A DNA stretch of 64,000 nucleotides from positions 111,724,001 to 111,788,000 of the forward strand of contig NC_043000.1 of NCBI RefSeq assembly GCF_006345805.1, written 5' to 3'. The notes under the pieces are model-generated. The model worked only from the letters and a program-made list of their open reading frames with translations. It was not told the origin of the DNA and made no database searches. Shown in pieces: positions 12,731-26,200 of this stretch. The DNA is from Octopus sinensis. Its lineage: Eukaryota. Made by a program: the position numbers and the translations under genes. Within the stretch, counting starts at the first letter, position 1; every line of letters begins with the position of its first letter.

Positions 12731-15202
12731 TGCCACACTATCATCTCCACTATACATTGTGGTGAATGGCCTGGGATACAGACACATGCTCCCTCTCTCT
12801 TTCCTGCCCCTCCCTGCTGTCCATTCTCTGTCTCAAGATAATTAGATATTCCTATTGTACCAGCTAGAAAAGGTCACATTGAAATGTCATCATTGATGGC
12901 AGAATGGGAGGGAATTGCAGGGAACAGGGGTTACAACATAGATTTTATTCTGTATGTGGAAGAGAAAGAGCAAGAGAGTGATAATTTGTCCAGCAATTTA
13001 GGTCAGATTTTCCTAAACTGGTGGTGGTGGTGGTGAATGGTTAGTTGTGGTGGCACTGAACCTGATGTTGTTGCTATTCCTGAGCATTCTTATGGTTGTG
13101 GTGACTGGTAAATGGTTTGCAGTGGAACTTGGTACTGGCGAAGTTAACCTTGGTGGTGGTGATAATGGTGGAGGTGACATGTTAAAGAGTGTGAGCTAAT
13201 AAAATGTAATTATATACTAATTACAATTGGTAATTAGTGATTGTTCTTGGTGCACCATTCATGTCACAGCCCAGTAAGGGTACCTCTACATGGTTGCTAG
13301 ACCTTCTAGAAATAACAGCCAAATCCCCTTCAAACCACATTCTGCCTACCATCTTAAAAAAGAGCAAATTAGATAATGTAGTCTGGGGTAGACTGTTCCA
13401 GAATAGAAGGAGGTTATTGTCATGGCTTGAGTGGCCTTCCAATGATAACGGTTTGTCTGCTCTATTAGTGCAGGTCTGGAGATTAAACAACACATATATA
13501 CATACATACATGCATAAGTATATACATATATATATATATATACATGCATACGTACATTTTTTTTTTTGTCTTACAAGGTACTTGGTGACCCTGTTAGTGC
13601 AGATGCCACTTAAATAGTACCCAGTGTCCACACTGTAAAGTGGTTGGCATTTGGAAGAGCATTCAGTTGTAAAAGTCCTGCCAAAACAGTTGCAGGAGTC
13701 TGGTGCAGGGTTCTGCCTGGCAGGCTCTTGTCAAACCGTTCCACCCCTGCTAGCATGGAAAGTGAGTGTTAAATGATGATGATGATGATACGTACATGCA
13801 TGTGTACAGGCAGACATATATAAGAATTTAGAATTTAGGGACTCTGAGGGATGTGAAATAGTTTTTTTAACTAGAGAACTTTTTTTTTTGAAAAAGGTTT
13901 TTCACCCAATATTTTACATGCTATTTTATATAAACACACAAACAGTCCGTGGACAACACCACCACCTCTTTTAACACACGGGGGTCACCAAAAAATTCAC
14001 CTTCAGTAAGTCGACAAAGGGGTCTATACATGGCCATCCAATCTGTTAGAAACAAGTCAAGATCCTCAGATCAAATCCTTAAAGGTTTTCAAAAAATAAA
14101 CAAAAGAATGAAAAATGGAAGGTCGCATTGGACAAATATGGTGGAATGTCTATGAAAAGACAGGATGATGGAAGCGGAAATGCTTTTGAAGAATCTGCAC
14201 TTTCAGCTGACCTTCAACACCACATCACATACACACATATGACCATCACCCCTACAGCATCTATCCTCTATTGTTGTCTAAGTGGTAATGTTCAAGCTCT
14301 GTCCCCTCCATTTCCTATTTGGTTCCCCCTCATCCTCAATTCAAAGCCCTTGTCTGCTGCTGCTCCTTTCATCTGTCCCTTTAATATAACTTTAATTTCA
14401 GGAATTGCTTGATGATTAGATGTCAAGGGGTTTGGGGGGGTGGGAAAGTAACAAAGGACTACTAAATGGTTTGATGATGTATGTCTGGCTTCTAGCTACT
14501 CTCACCCACCCTTATATAACATAGGGGTTAGGGTATCCTCTCTATAGCAAGAAGTTGATGCTTGTCCCTCTATTATACTTTAGCCCTTCAACACCTGGTA
14601 CAAAACCACAACCCATTCAAATACCCCTCCCCTCCAGTTGAAGTGGAGCACTGTTTCTTATCTTGAAGTCACTAGCGCCAGCGCATGAAATATGCACTCA
14701 GTGTGCACTGTAAAATGGTTGGCATTGGGAAGGGCATCTAGCCACAGGGGCCATACCAAAGCTGACATTAGAGCTCAACGCAGCTTTGGGGCTGATTGGA
14801 TTTTGTCAAACTGTCCAATCCATGCCAGCATGGAAAACAGACGTTAAATGAAGATGATGATGATGATGTGAGTGTATCACATTCACTTTCATTGTTTCAT
14901 TCATTTATAGTTGCTTAACCTCAGATCTGTTCTAACAAACCAGACCCCCTATGTCCTGGCATTCCAGCTATGATCATCCCATCTTTCCACCCCCAAATAA
15001 AATGTATTCTTGACTTTATCCCCAGATTATATTATCCAATGTGTGTCCTTCTTTCAAATGATAGGATGTGATTTGGCTGCTATTTCTTGATGGCTGTGTG
15101 ACAATATAAAGATATCCTCATGGCTCAACTCCTCTCTAGAATTGGTCAAATGCCACACTGCATTATTATTGCTTTTTATTGAAGGTAGAAAAGTAAAAGT
15201 AC

Positions 15203-15427
15203 CTGGCGCCTTTATGCCAGCACCACTTTGACTGGCTTCCATGCTGGTGGCACGTAAAAAGCACCCACTACACTCTCGGAGTGGTTGGTGTTAGGAAGGG
15301 CATCCAGCCATAGAAACACTGCCAGATCAGACTGGAGCCTGGTGCAGCCTCCTGGCTTCCCAGACCCTGGTCAAACCGTCCAACCCATGCTAGCATGGAA
15401 AACGGACGTTAAACGATGATGATGATG
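15203..15427 (+). mobile_element. Family C repeat (RTE 3' end with (GAT)n tail)
   Basis: cacgtaaaaagcacccactacactctcggagtggttgg...catggaaaacggacgttaaacgatgatgatgat. Many other copies in the window. Confidence 0.8.
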
Positions 15428-16857
15428 TAGAAAGCTGGCAGAATCATCACCAGGAAAAATACTTAGCGGCGTCTCCTCCATCTTTATGTTCTAATTTCAA
15501 TTTCCGCTGAAGTCAGCTTTGCCTTCCATGTTGATAAAATAAGTCCCAGTCAAGAACTGGGGGTTGATGTAATTGGCTAAGTCCCCCTCCACACACACAC
15601 ACACACCAAAATTCAGGCCTTCTGCCAATTGTACAAACTATTATTATTGGTGTTGTTTGTTTGTCATGCAATGCTACTTTGGTAGCCGTCCCCCTTAATG
15701 AACTCGTCACTTTGTTTCCATTGTCCACTTCTGCAAAGTCTACTGTGCTGTGGAGATGTGGAGACTTTCATCAGTGGCTGAGTACTACCATGCTATACAT
15801 TACAAGAAGAATCACCCCACCCTCTTTTTTTTACTTTGTTTTATCTTTATCTTGCAAGGTACTTGGTTACCCTGTTGGTGCAGGGGCCACATAAAAGAGT
15901 ATCCAGTCCACACTGTAAACTGGTTGGTGTTTGGAAGGGGATCCAGGTTTAAAAACCTTGCCAAAACTGACCTCACATGTGCATGCACCACATAAAAAGT
16001 TCTAAGTCCACCCTGCTGGTTGGTGTTAGGAAGGGCATCCAACTGTAAAAATCCTGCCAAAACAGTCGCAGAAGTCTGGGGCAGGCTCCTACCTGGCCGG
16101 CTCCTTGTCAAACCGTTCCACCCATGCCAGCATGGAAGGTGGACGTTAAATAATGATGATGAACACACACAAACCCAATACCCACTGTCCACCACTTCTA
16201 TATGCTACAATGTCCATTGTCACCCATTCCCCCAATACCAAGGGTTACTGTCCCCCACCCCCACTGTCTCCTTATGAGTCGCTAATGTCTCACGTGTGTC
16301 ACCCTGTCACTGTCGACACAAAGACTCTTTACATCACAATAACTCTTTTCCTTCATGTTGAAAATAATTCTTCCATTAAATTATTTTCTATAGGAATATT
16401 TTAACTGATTAATTTCTGCTTGTAAGTACGTGTGTGTGGTGGTAGGGGATGCACATGTGATTTTTCTAGATGCCTCTGTGTATTTGTATGTGTGTGTCTG
16501 TGTGATTTTTTAATGCAGTTTTCCATTTCTTCCCCTCTCTCCGCCCCATCTCCCGGCTCCCCTCTTTCATATCAGCTGCTGTTCTTTCACCAGCTGCCTT
16601 CTTCTGATGATTAGAGGACCTCCTCCTCTCTCCTCACAGAAATACACAAAAAAAAAATATCACGTGAATCACAGCCTCTTCCATAAAATCAACCTCCACC
16701 TCTACCGTCACTGAATGAACACACTTCAGCTATGATCATTCATTCAGTTTTGATCTGACTCTAAGATATAGAGACATACATATCATACTAAAATATGGAG
16801 TGTAATTATCATGTGAAGATAATCTCCTGCATGATAGAGAATGTTCTCTGATGTTTG

Positions 16858-16899
16858 TTTTGCTGATGAAGTCAGAACAAGACCAAAACATGTTCAAAG
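16858..16899 (+). ncRNA. Decayed minimal type I hammerhead ribozyme-like motif
   Basis: UUUUG-CUGAUGA-AGUC-agaacaa-GACC-AAAA-C-AU-GUU-CAAAG. Stems are retained, but the conserved G12 reads A. Confidence 0.45.
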
Positions 16900-19832
16900 T
16901 TGTCTCCCATGTTTTCCAAATTATTATAAGTCTCTGACTATTATTTTTCTGGGTTTTTTTTTATTTGAAATAATTTCTTGTTAATGATTTGATGTTTCAT
17001 TAACTAGACCATGATATTTAAATGTGATATATATATATATTATTTGTTATTTTGCAGTTTTTTTTTTTAATATTAAATATGATAAAGCCAAGATATTTTA
17101 CTAAAGTAAATTTAAATAATGAGATGAATTGAGCAGAAATGTTCCAAAAATATAAATTGGAATTGAAAATCCATTTAAAATTCAGTCTAAAACAATGAAA
17201 TTGAAATCTGATTCAATTGAAAAAACAAAAATTTGTTTCTATTTTTGGTTTTTAATACAAATTTAATTGTATTTATTTTTATTTATTTATATTTTAAATT
17301 TCATTTTAAGGAAACATCTCTTTTAATTCTTGTATTGGCCCCAGTGCAATGACCAGGGCCAGGCTGGAGCACCAGCTTTGAAAGTATCGTCAACACTATT
17401 GATTTCTGTTCTACCTTTCAAGGTTGAATGGTAAAAATTAACCTGGGTAGAACTTCAACTCGGACCATAAAACAGTGTAACCTTTTGGCCAATGCTCTGA
17501 CCATTCTGCTCTGTCCACTGGGAATTTAAATTTTTTAGTTTAAGCCTTTCTTGACCATTTTTATAATAAAATAAGCTGTCTGGGGAGAATTAATAAAGTA
17601 CTTAACATTTTTATTATAAAGCTGGTGTCTGGAATTTAGCAGAAGATAAATACAAATCTAATTTGTCACAGAAATCTGGTGCAGGGTTCTGCCTGGCCGG
17701 CCCCTGTCAAACCATCCCACCCATGCCAGGATGGAAAGTGGATGTTAAACAATGATGATGAATAACAATGTATACATTGATGAGTTATAGGATTCATTAG
17801 AATCAAGGCACATCAACATGTAGGGGGCCAGAAATGGTTAGGTACAATAATATAGGGTTCACAGGGAGGTATATGTGTGTGTGTGTGTGCACATGTAAAT
17901 GTGGCATGTAGGTGGGGGCCATGTAGTTGACAAGTTTGTTTCTGTACCACATGGTTTAGTTTTTGGTCCCATTGTGTGGCATCTTAGAGCCATGTGTTGT
18001 CTACTTTAGTTACAGGCAGACCAAAGCCTTGTAAGCGGATTTGGTAGAGGGAAACTGAAAGAAGCCTGCTATGTATGTATGTGTATAAATATATATGAAC
18101 ATCATTTCCAATATTCTGTGGGAACATATCTGGCCATGAGGAAATATTACCTTACATGGAAAGAGGTAAGGGTTGGCAGCAGGAAGGCATCCAGCCATAG
18201 AAAATCACCCTCTGTAAAACTCTACACCAAACAAGTTTGGAAAAGTAGACATTTATACAAAAATATATATATATAACTACACACACACACAATCATCATC
18301 ATTGTTCTAATGTCCGCCTTTCTTCGCTTGCATGAGTCGGACAAAGTTTATTGAGGCAAATTTTATATGTATATATATATCTGTGTAAAATCTCCATCTC
18401 CAGTTGGCATTCAGAGGAAATGTCGGAATGAACGCGATGTTTCTCTCCTCCACCACCACTGCCACCGCCACCAGCTGCTTGTATGGCTGTAGACAACAAG
18501 GTGTGTGAACTTAACATCTGCCTGGTTGTTGTACCTGTTGCTTGACAAGACAGCAGCTGTCAGTGTATGTGTGTGTGTGTGTGTGTGTGTGTACACGCAT
18601 CGCCAGGGATGCTTCTGTTGCAAGAGTATGCAGTATTGATCCTCTCTGCGCAGAGTGCAGCCCGACCAGCCGGCCAAGCCAGCCAGCCAGCTGAGCAAGA
18701 TGGAGCGTTGCCATTAGTAACAGTCTATCATTTCTTGGATGTTGTTGCTGTTTCACCTTCACTAAATGTCTTTTCCTGGTTTCTATGTCTGTACATATCT
18801 GCACACACTGTGTCTCTATGTATGTATTTGTGTGTGTGTGTGCTGTTTGACTTTGTGATTATGTGTGTCTGATTCCATGCGTGTGTGTTTGTGTGTGTTG
18901 CTAACCTTGATCAAATCATTTTCCTGGTGTGTGTGTTTGCTGTCCACCACTTACACTAAATTACCTTCTGATGTACTTGGATGGGGATGTGTGTGTGTGT
19001 ATGTGTGTGTGTACGCATTGATATCGCTGTTTTGTTTTTGTAAATTTATTTCTATGTCTGTTTACTGTTCACCTTGAAGAAAGTGGTCACTGGAATGGCA
19101 TGTGTGTGGAATTGTATTATCAGCAACGTATAGACACACACACACACACACATCTATCTGTATGTATGTAACTGCATTGTCAACAATGTGTGTGTGTCTG
19201 TGTGTGGATATTGTGTATGAGTCAGTTTGTTGATGTGTGTGTATGTGTGTTTCTACATTTATCGATATGTTTTTCTATGTCCTTTATATATCAATATATT
19301 GATGTGTGTCTCTGTGCTTACCTGTACACTGCACATATATGTACGTGTGTGTGTGTATGTGATGTATACAGATGTGTGTATATGCATATGGATGTGTGTC
19401 TGTGGTTTTAATTCTTGGAAAGAGGCGTTACCGTTCCTCGTGGAATTGTTTTCGTTAATAAAATTTAGTTGCTTTGTCAGTACATACTCACATACATAGT
19501 TACATGCGACATAGAACACACACACACACGACACAGTGGTTAAGTTATTTGGGTACAGAGTCATCAGGCTGTGGGTTCAATTCCTGCACTAGACATGTCT
19601 CCTTGAGCAGAGCAAGACATTTCACTTTACTCCAGCCTACTCAGTGGAAATGAGCACCAGCTGAGGGCCAATAGAGTCCTCTCTCTTTCTAGCTGTCACA
19701 TCCTGGATGCACTTCCTGGTTCAAACATGGCAGGGCCAAGGGTGTGAGGGGCTAAGACAGCAAATGCTTTATACTTGTTACCAAGTCTTCTCACTTGAAA
19801 GTAACAGCCTTAACAATGTGTGTGTGTTGGCT

Positions 19833-20216
19833 CAGGAGTGGCTGTGTGGTAAGTAGCTTGCTTACCAACCACATGGTCCATGGTTCAGTCCCACTGTGTG
19901 GCACCTTGGGCAAGTGTCTTCTACTTTAGCCTTGAACCAACCAAAGCCTTGTGAGTGGATTTGGTAGACAGAAACTTAAAGAAGCTCGACATATATATGT
20001 GTGTGTGTGTGTATTTGTGATAGTGTTTGTCCCCCACACCATTGCTTGACAACTTATGCTGGTGTGCTCACATCCCCGTAACTCAGCAGTTCAGCAAAAG
20101 AGACTGATAGAATAAGTACTGGGCTTACAAAGAATAAGTCCTGGGGTCGATTTGTTCGACTACAAACGGTGCTCCTGCATGGCCACAGTCAAAATGACTG
20201 AAACAAATAAAAGAAT
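19833..20216 (+). mobile_element. SINE family B, near full length
   Basis: tRNA-like head gtggctgtgtggtaag...ggttcagtcccactg, internal (TG)n, 3' tail gactgaaacaaataaaag. Confidence 0.8.
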
Positions 20217-20602
20217 ATATATATATATATGCTTAATCATACACTTACTCATATGAATCTACTTAAAGATTTAGTCATGCATATATATTTATACACACAC
20301 ACACATACACACACACACACACTTACATATATCCTTGTATATTTTTTGTTATATTTTTTTGTTATAAAACAACTTGGTTCTTTAATGTCAAAACATTGTA
20401 GAGTTTTGTCATCTCTAGACATTTAAACCCTCTTCTTAGAAGTTCTTTTACTTTGTGGGTGTGTGTGTGTGTGTGTGTAAACATATTTGATCTAGTGTTC
20501 AAATCGGTAATTTCAAGAATGTCGTGTGGAATGTCTCAGTGATTTAATCTAAAGGATGTGGAACAACATTGTTGCTCTGTATACATGCTCATGCAACATA
20601 CA

Positions 20603-21000
20603 TATCATCATCATCATTGTTTAACGTCTGTTTTCCATGCTGGCATGGGTTGGACGGTTCGACCAGGGTCTGGGAAGCCAGAAGGCTGCACCAGGCCCCA
20701 ATTTGATCTGGCAATGTTTCTACAGCTGGATGCCCTTCCTAATGCCAACTACTCTGAGAGTGTAGTGGTTGCTTTTTACATGCCACTGGCACAGGGGGCA
20801 GAGGAGCTGGCATCAACCACGATCGGATGGTGCTTTTTATGTGCCACTGGCATGAAAGCCAGTCAAAGTGGCACTGGCATCGGCCACGTTCAGATGGTGC
20901 TTTTTACATGCTACCGGCACGGAGCTCACAATTACAATTTCCATTTGATTTGATTTTGATGTACCTGACTCAATAGGTCTCCTCAAGACACGGCAAAGGG
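20603..21000 (-). mobile_element. Family C / RTE 3' UTR fragment with internal tandem units
   Basis: Same organisation as 59775-60330. Confidence 0.75.
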
Positions 21001-21559
21001 TCTCCAAGAGATGTGTGTATATGTGCCTGCATATATTTGTGTACATACACACACACACTCATACACAGGCATATGCTCTTCTTTGAACCATTCACCATAT
21101 TTATGCAACAAACCACTGCCTTGTTTAGAATTAAAAAGAAACTAAACTGTCTCCCACCTGCCACCCAATATCATGTTTCCCTTCACTCCTTCCATAAGTT
21201 TCCTCAAGAGTCCTACAGGTGTTAACCATTTCCACCATAGTGTTTGTATTCTGTTGTTTGTATAATTACATGACCAGGCTGCAGGAGGCCTGCACAAACC
21301 CTAGTGGATCTTTGCAAGGAGTGCTTTGTTTCTACTCTTTGATGCCCTTCCCAACACCCAGTACACTTTGTAAATCTGTTGGGGAATGAAAATTAGGAGC
21401 AAAATATAGTCCTTCAATCCATGTTAAAAAGCAAAATTGATTTCTTTAAGCCACACCAACAGGGGAGGTGCATATAAAATAAACAATAATAAATATCTAT
21501 ATATATAGAATGGCGGTGCCCCAGCATGGCCACAACTCGTGAGCTGAAACTAGATAAAA

Positions 21560-21569
21560 TATTAAATAT

Positions 21570-21623
<54 letters not shown>

Positions 21624-21722
21624 CTCATCATCATCATCATCGTTTAACGTCCGTTCTCCATGCTAGCATGGGTTGGACGGTTCGACCGTGGATCTGGGAA
21701 GCCAGAAGGCTGCACCAGGCTC

Positions 21723-21768
<46 letters not shown>
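21560..21768. repeat. (TA)n tracts flanking a truncated family C tail, about 75 bp upstream of the exon 1 acceptor
   Basis: Direct reading. Confidence 0.8.
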
Positions 21769-21770
<2 letters not shown>

Positions 21771-21851
21771 CAGTTGTTAACTTTATTGACAGACTGTCAG
21801 TATAATTATATGTATTTAATTTTTGTTTTTTGTTATTTTGTAGCTTGGAAA

Positions 21852-22003
21852 ATGGATGGTATCGTAGCTGGTCGTAAGCTATTGGAAGCCTCTTTACCAA
21901 AAGAAGACACTATTGGCATCATATCTGGTGGTTTAGTTGGAGGGCTAGCTGCCATGTTGATCCTGGTCTTTCTCTTCGCTCTCTGCAATACATGTAAGGA
22001 GAG
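21852..22003 (+). CDS. Coding exon 1: MDGIVAGRKLLEASLPKEDTIGIISGGLVGGLAAMLILVFLFALCNTCKE (TM helix + CxxC)
   Basis: Acceptor ttttgttattttgtag ends at 21843. ATG in aaaATGG context at 21852. Hydrophobic stretch at residues 21-44. Donor AG|gtaagt at 22004 (phase 2). Confidence 0.9.
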
Positions 22004-23234
22004 GTAAGTAGAGGGGCAGGGACTTGGTCCCTGGGTTCCTGCTTCTAGTACTCACATGTGGGCATGAACATACTGACATACAGACACATACTCGGACATA
22101 AACGTATACACATATTTACATGGAGATATACACACATATATATGAGCATAGACAATAGACACACAGACATGGACACAAACATACAGACATAAACATACAT
22201 ACAGACATAAACATACATACACAGACATATGCATGCACACACTCACATACAGACATGCACACACACACATACACAGGCATATACACACAATAAACATATG
22301 CGCACACATTCTGCTGCTTATTGTAAATCTTCCACTATTGTCTCTCAAAGACTCTTTGATTTCCTCCAAAGAGACAAAGATCAGGATCATCATCATCATC
22401 ACTATCACCACCACCACCACCACCCCTCTCCTACACACCTTTCAATGTCTGATGTCCTCTTATTCTCTCTCCCATCTACTCCTACCACCACCCACTTGTA
22501 TCAACTATTGTCGTCCATCCATCAGACTTTATTCAACAACCTTCCACAACTACACCAGCATCACCGTTGTTGTTGTTCTTATTATTGTTATCATCATCCT
22601 ATCTGCCATCAGTATTGTAACGTGGGATACAGAATCAATAATTTTTTAGGAAAAAATACCTTTTTTGTTTTTGTTTTTTTTCCTGACTTTTATAATTTTG
22701 AATATTTACAACATAACAGCCTTGTGCTTTATATTAAAAAGAAATGTCAAATGCTGTATGGGGTTTGCTTTGGTACTTTTATGACTGTGTTGTTGCAAGT
22801 TCAATCCCACTGCATTGCACCTTGCCCGAGGGTCTTCTGTAATCTTGGGCATGAAATTGACTGTTGGCAACTGTATGGAAGCTCATTATATCACAGTATC
22901 AGCCAAACATTCAGATGCTGTTGTACACCACTGGTCACAATGTGCTTCTAGTTCTCACTTGATTGTACCATTCTTTTCCATTTTGACCCAAATTGGTTAA
23001 CTAAATTGGCTTCCCATTGTCGGGGAGGCCTTCCTAGTGGCCTTTTCCACTCTCTCACATACCACTCAGCAACTGCACAGGTTCACCTTTTGTCTGTGGA
23101 TCTTGAGACATGTCTGGCCCAGCGGGACTTGTGCTTTTGGTATTCTGCGATTATATCAGTCACTCTATTCTCTTCTTGAATTATCTCATTTGAAATATGC
23201 TCTCATAATGATGTTCTTCAAATGAATCTCTCCC

Positions 23235-23272
<38 letters not shown>

Positions 23273-26200
23273 ACCGACCAGGCCATGAGATGTTGCGACA
23301 CATCACTGGTCACAATGCGCTTCACGTTGTTTTAGCCTTCAGTGATGCCACCCCACTGGCTAAGCGAGCAGGCCAACAGAAGAAAGAATGAGAGAAAGTT
23401 GTGGTGAAAGAGTACAGCAGGGATCACCACCACCCCCTGCCGGAGCCTCGTGGAGTTTTAGGTGTTTTCGCTCAATAAACACTCACAATGCCCGGTCTGG
23501 GAATCAAAACCGCGATCCTATGACTGCGAGTCTGCTGCCCTAACCATTGGGCCATTGCGCCTCCACATATATATATATCATCATCATCATTTAATGTCTG
23601 CTTTCCATGCTGGCATGGGTTGGATGGTTTGTCTGAGAACTGGCAAGCCAGGAGGCTGCACCAGGCTCCAGTCTGATCTGGCAAGGTTTCTGCAGCTGAA
23701 TGCCCTTCCTAACGCCAACCACTCCGAGAGTGTAGTGGGTGCTTTTTATGTGCCACCTGAACAGGACCAGTCAGGTGGCACTGGCAACAACCATAAGTGT
23801 ATGTATGTCTGTGGAGTGCTCAGCCATTTGTGTGTTAATTTCATGAGCAGGCTGCTCCATCGATCGGATCAACTGGAACCCACGTCATCGTAACCAACAG
23901 AGGACCAGTTATCATTAATGGATGCTCCACATTCTGTTTTTCTCTTCCCTTTTGAGTTAATATATACAATGTCGTGGTTTGTTTATCTCTGCTTTCCCTG
24001 CTGCCATGAGTCGGGTGGTCATTACTGTGATCCAGACAGGAGAGAGAGCCACTTCTTGCTTATGCGTTTCACTTAGAAGCTGGATGTCCTTACTAGTGCC
24101 AACCACTGTACAGAGTGTACTGGGTGCTTTTCATGTGCCACTGGGGTGGCAGACTCAGTGAGAAACTTGCATGAGAAGATTCCTCTCGCCATTTGACTAA
24201 GGAGTTTGGATGTCGATACCCAATGGCTGAAAGAGTAGAGTATATGGTGGGATGCATCTGGTGAAGTTCCTCAGGATAAGTCATAGAGTGAAAGTAATAA
24301 AGAGGGACAGAATGTTAATGAGTTAAATAGAAGCAGTGGAACCAATGTTTGGTAAATTGATACAAGAGAATTTTCAAACAAAACAGAAACCAAAATATGG
24401 TGCGCATCCTATGAAATTAATAAGAATATCTTCATCATTCAAATGATGTCTTGTTGTTATTTCTGATGGCATACATTATCACTGCTGTCATCACCATTTG
24501 TTATTGTCATCAGTTGTCACTACTACCACCCCCACCGCAACACCACCACCACAACTGTCATACCATCATCGTCAATGAGATGACTTAATATCATTGATAT
24601 CCTTCTCCACCCCACCCCCATCATTGATGTCTACAACAATATTTATTATCATTATTATTATTATTACTATTATTAAGGCGGCGAGCTGGCAGAATCGTTA
24701 GCACACCGGGAGAAATGCTTAGCAGTATTTTGTCTGCCACTACGTTCTCAGTTCAAATTCCACCGAGGTTGACTTTGCCTTTCATCCTTTCGGGGTCGAT
24801 AAATTAAGTACCATTTACGCACTGGGGTCAATGTAATCAACTTAATCCGTTTGTCCTCTCTGTGTTTAACCCCTTGTGGGTAGTAAAGAAATAGATATTT
24901 CGCCCATTGCTACATTCTGAGTTCAAATTCCACCAAGGTTCGATTTTGCCTTTCATCCTTTCAGGGTCGATAAATTAAGTACCAGTGAAACACTGGGGTT
25001 GATGTAATCGACTAGTCCCCCCCCCCCAAAAAAAAATTTCAGGCCTTGTGCCTATAGTAGGAAAGATCATTATTAAAGGCAGAATCGTTAGTACGCAGGG
25101 CAAAATGCTTCACAGCATTTCATATCTGTCCTCAAAATCGACTCTGCCTTTCATCCTTGAGAACTGAGATTGATGTAACTGACTAGCCCCCCCCCCGTCT
25201 CCCAATTCCTGTCCTTGTACCTACAGCAAAAAAGATGATGATTATTGATGTTTGCATTATCTTCATAGCAACATCTACAACCACCACTGTCATGTCTTGT
25301 ATCAGCACTGACATCATCAACCACCACCACCTGCTAGAAACAGCAGCCAGACATCCTCAAAGCAGACTCTACTGTCTTAAAAAAAAAAAAATTCACATTA
25401 TATGATGTGGTTGTTGCTACAATATGTCTGGATATGAGAATAGTCCCATCTAGAATATTTTATTTTATCAGCCCCAACCTGGGGCTAAATGACAACGACG
25501 GACACATTAATGTAGTCTTTGATACAGTGTAATAGGAGTTGGTCATGGCTGGAATGCCTCACTGGACCTGACCTGAGGCTAAATATACTACAGCATCATC
25601 TTGCGTTTATTTCATTGTTATTAATGAGTGCTGGAGACAAATTGATTTTTATTTTTCTCTGATTCATCAGAAAACTGTTGAAGAGATTGGTTCTACTCTG
25701 TCCTTCTCTCTCTTTCTCTCTCTCACTCTCTCTCTCTCTCTCAACACACTGCTTTCTGTATTCTGTAAAACCTGGTAGAAATAACAGCCGTATCGCCCTT
25801 AAGTTATATCCTTCTCTCTAATGTTTGTTAAAACGATACTCTCTGCCTAGAAACATAAGCGACAGGATGGTCATGGCTGGAATGCCTTTGGTCATAGGCC
25901 TCCTTGAACAGGTTCACCTAGAGTTAAACAAGAACTACCATTGTTGACTACTCTCCTCTGTCTGTCTGTCTTTAGAAGATCCTTTTCCCTAGACAAATGT
26001 ACTGTAATCTGCTCCCCCCACCCCTACAAGGCTTGTTGGCCAAATTTGGGAAGTCTGATGAGGGTTTGTTTCTAATATAGCCAGCCCTGGCACACAAGAT
26101 GAATTTATCCCCCCACAATACTTTTATGTCTTAAAACAGTTGTTTTTGTCGCTTTTTATCCTCCTCCCCTCCCCCTCTCTCCCTATCACAAGGTCAACCC

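Noticed and set aside
208-21225. Dozens of 60-190 aa ORFs in the track (Cys/Val/Tyr/His/Thr-rich or MLAWVG-type)
   Set aside because: They are translations of (TG)n, (TA)n and (CT)n tracts and of SINE/RTE tails. No splice or compositional support.
22229-22951. 240-aa His-rich ORF
   Set aside because: Made of CA/CAT/CAC simple repeats in intron 1.
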